The notes under the pieces are model-generated. The model was not told the origin of the DNA. It made no database searches and saw nothing but the letters and a program-made list of their open reading frames with translations. From an uncultured archaeon (GTDB lineage: Archaea; Nanobdellota; Nanobdellia; Pacearchaeales; GW2011-AR1): 64,000 nucleotides of DNA. Positions 63,300 to 64,000 of this stretch are shown in pieces (position 1 is the stretch's first letter; the number at the start of each line of letters is the position of its first letter). A program made the position numbers and the translations under genes. The stretch spans positions 39,589 through 103,588 of the forward strand of contig CABMGE010000010.1 of the NCBI GenBank assembly GCA_902385625.1. Reading direction: 5' to 3'.

Positions 63300-64000
63300 T
63301 TACATCTCTTCCATTGTTTCAATTCCGAGAAGATTCAAAGCATTTTGAAGAGTTGTTCTAAATGAGTCTACGAGTCTTAATCTAAGGGCTTCCTGCATTT
63401 TATCTTTATCACTTAGAACAGGACAATTGTGATAAAACTCATTGAAAGACTGGCAAAGTTCATGACTGTAATTTGCAATTAAAGCAGGATTCATTTTATC
63501 TCCTGCCTGAATTACTATTTCTGGAAAATCAGAAATCTTTTTTATTAAAGCTACTTCAAAATTATCTAAATTTTCCAATTTAACTTTTCCCTTGTTAAAG
63601 TTCTTATTTTTTGCCTTTTTTATTATTGAACTTGCTCTTGCATAAGAATATTGTAAATAAGGACCTGTGTTTCCTTCAAAAGATAATGCGCTCTCCCAAC
63701 TAAACTGAACATCTTTTATAGGTTCATTTTTCAAAATAATATATTTTACTGCACCAACTCCAACTTTAGTAGGATTTCCTTTAGTCTTTCTCTTTTTTAT
63801 CTCTTCTTTTGCTTTCTCAACTGTCTTGTTTAGAACATCTTCCAAAAGAATTATATTTCCGGTTCTTGAAGCAATTATTTCATTTCCGAATTTTACAGTA
63901 CCAAAACCAAGGTGATTCATCTTACTTGTAAAATCATATCCAAGTGTTTTGAGGATAGTAAAAAGCGCTGAAAAATGGCCTGATTGCCTGAAGTCAGTAA
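63300..64000 (-). CDS. argS: arginyl-tRNA synthetase, C-terminal part (gene continues past the window edge)
   Basis: DALR anticodon-binding domain, terminal ...GIETMEEM. The frame stays open upstream of M at 63920 (…HFSALFTILKTLGYDFTSKMNHLGFG). Confidence 0.8.
   Translation of the reverse strand, partial: TDFRQSGHFSALFTILKTLGYDFTSKMNHLGFGTVKFGNEIIASRTGNIILLEDVLNKTVEKAKEEIKKRKTKGNPTKVGVGAVKYIILKNEPIKDVQFSWESALSFEGNTGPYLQYSYARASSIIKKAKNKNFNKGKVKLENLDNFEVALIKKISDFPEIVIQAGDKMNPALIANYSHELCQSFNEFYHNCPVLSDKDKMQEALRLRLVDSFRTTLQNALNLLGIETMEEM

Overview
This window is very AT-rich (roughly 30% GC by eye) and most likely comes from a small-genome, DPANN-like archaeon. The archaeal call rests on hallmark genes: diphthine synthase, pyruvoyl-dependent arginine decarboxylase PdaD, archaeal D-aminoacyl-tRNA deacylase DtdA, a TrmB-family regulator and an archaeal-type methylthiotransferase. 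GGAGG/GGTGAT Shine-Dalgarno-like sites precede several genes, and there are many small secreted or membrane proteins. The left half (1.4-32.5 kb, almost all minus strand) looks like an accessory island with three parts. (a) An NPPY methyltransferase + NrtR-like (Nudix + winged-helix) operon. (b) A 13.5-kb, roughly 20-gene, translationally coupled NAD/ADP-ribose operon. It contains pncB, two PncA-like genes, two NMNAT-like genes, nadE, a Nudix gene, a nucleoside hydrolase, an ADP-ribosylglycohydrolase, pnuC, nadR, nadB and nadK, and is headed by five tiny paralogous ORFs. (c) A 9-kb eight-gene operon combining a C-domain-less pyruvate-kinase homolog, a QueC-like PP-loop enzyme, three orphan proteins, a MoxR-type AAA+ ATPase, an HExxH+vWA protein and a PfkB kinase. 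Two paralogous stand-alone vWA genes precede it. The promoters of (a), (b) and the vWA paralogs share a TGTA-N5-TACA palindrome next to the TATA box, and two of them share a whole ~88-bp module, which suggests one regulon. Operon (c), and its apparent coupling to (b), is my best candidate for an undescribed system. The right half (32.5-64 kb) is mostly housekeeping: ileS, guaB, an argS fragment, a cimA-like gene, tsaC, a thymidylate-synthase-like gene, NIF3, VIT1, a MutS-like ATPase, a nitrilase and a RimK-like ATP-grasp. It also holds secreted repeat proteins and a few repeated intergenic hairpin elements. I recognised no rRNA, tRNA, CRISPR array, integrase or transposase. All family calls are by-eye motif recognition on the supplied translations; no database search was run.
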